A stretch of 62,889 nt of DNA, filler included, from Stramenopiles sp. TOSAG23-3 (taxonomy: Eukaryota): NCBI GenBank assembly GCA_900128585.1. It is 7 parts of 7 records of this genome, joined end to end, with 100 filler letters (N's around TTAATTAATTAA, not from the genome) between each part and the next. Parts side by side here need not be neighbours in the genome. Positions count along the whole stretch, not along the records: positions 61,318 to 62,889 come from LT645672.1; 6 more parts are not named here. One strand, given 5' to 3'. The translations under genes and the position numbers were made by a program. Below the pieces are notes generated by a model, which saw only the letters and a program-made list of their open reading frames with translations, had not been told where the DNA came from and did not search any database. Below, piece after piece: positions 62,614-62,889 of this stretch; position 1 is the first letter of the stretch, and each line of letters begins with the position of its first letter.

Positions 62614-62889
62614 TTTAGTGTTCTTGAGAACTGGCGATGGACGACGGGCTGGGCCGACGAAAGGGCAAGCCTTTCATATTTTTCGACTTTCGTAAATTTA
62701 AAATTAACTTCAGTAATATTTAGTAATCGTATGTTAACATATAAGTTTTAAGTAAGTTTATCACATGTCATATCTTATCATATAATCGTACACCTTTTAG
62801 AAACCGTTTTATTTTTGTGGAGTGCGGGCAATTACTTTTACACGCGCGCGCCCGGCCCGCTTCAGCCTCGGTAAGCCAAGAGAATGTGG

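Noticed and set aside
62805-62889. Sm-site-like ATTTTTGTGG followed by a GC-rich stem (snRNA?)
   Set aside because: No U1/U2/U4/U5 signature sequences upstream, and T-runs are ubiquitous here.

Overview
Eukaryotic nuclear DNA from a gene-dense, nearly intron-free microbial eukaryote. A stramenopile-like protist is my inference, not a determination. Coding regions are roughly 45-60% GC by eye and are separated by very AT-rich spacers full of GAA/AAT microsatellites. The window is not one locus. It is seven scaffolds joined by artificial 100-bp linkers (44 N + TTAATTAATTAA + 44 N); the first six are size-sorted (10173, 10165, 10104, 10098, 10090, 10087 bp) and 1572 bp of a seventh follow. Synteny across linkers is therefore meaningless, and several junctions look chimeric. 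Recognisable genes: RPA1, CK2 alpha, a CCCH-Smr protein, COQ8/ADCK3, LRR proteins, an EF-hand-FERM protein, Sec14-GOLD, an EXPERA/EBP protein, glucosidase II beta, a Ulp1/SENP protease, a two-pore K+ channel, a TMTC-like GT-C, DONSON, a RecD2-type helicase fragment, Rad21 (the only firm intron), an ankyrin protein, an NDP-sugar epimerase and organellar rps16. The main unexplained signal is non-coding. A dispersed 30-110 bp element (AAAACAAGAAAATTGGCTGTTATTTAAGTAATTAAATTTAGCTTCCTCATACCCTAATCCTAACTTGG) occurs in about a dozen copies on four scaffolds, mostly 30-130 bp downstream of stop codons in the sense orientation. It folds into a GUAA (GNRA) tetraloop hairpin whose pairing survives between variant copies, and it carries a telomere-like tail. 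A second, unrelated 3'-flank element also has a GNRA loop. Unusual protein architectures: a Tudor/Agenet-like insertion in RPA1, a DUF579 methyltransferase-GT32 fusion, and a K2P channel with EF-hands between its pore domains. Several genes look bacterial in type.
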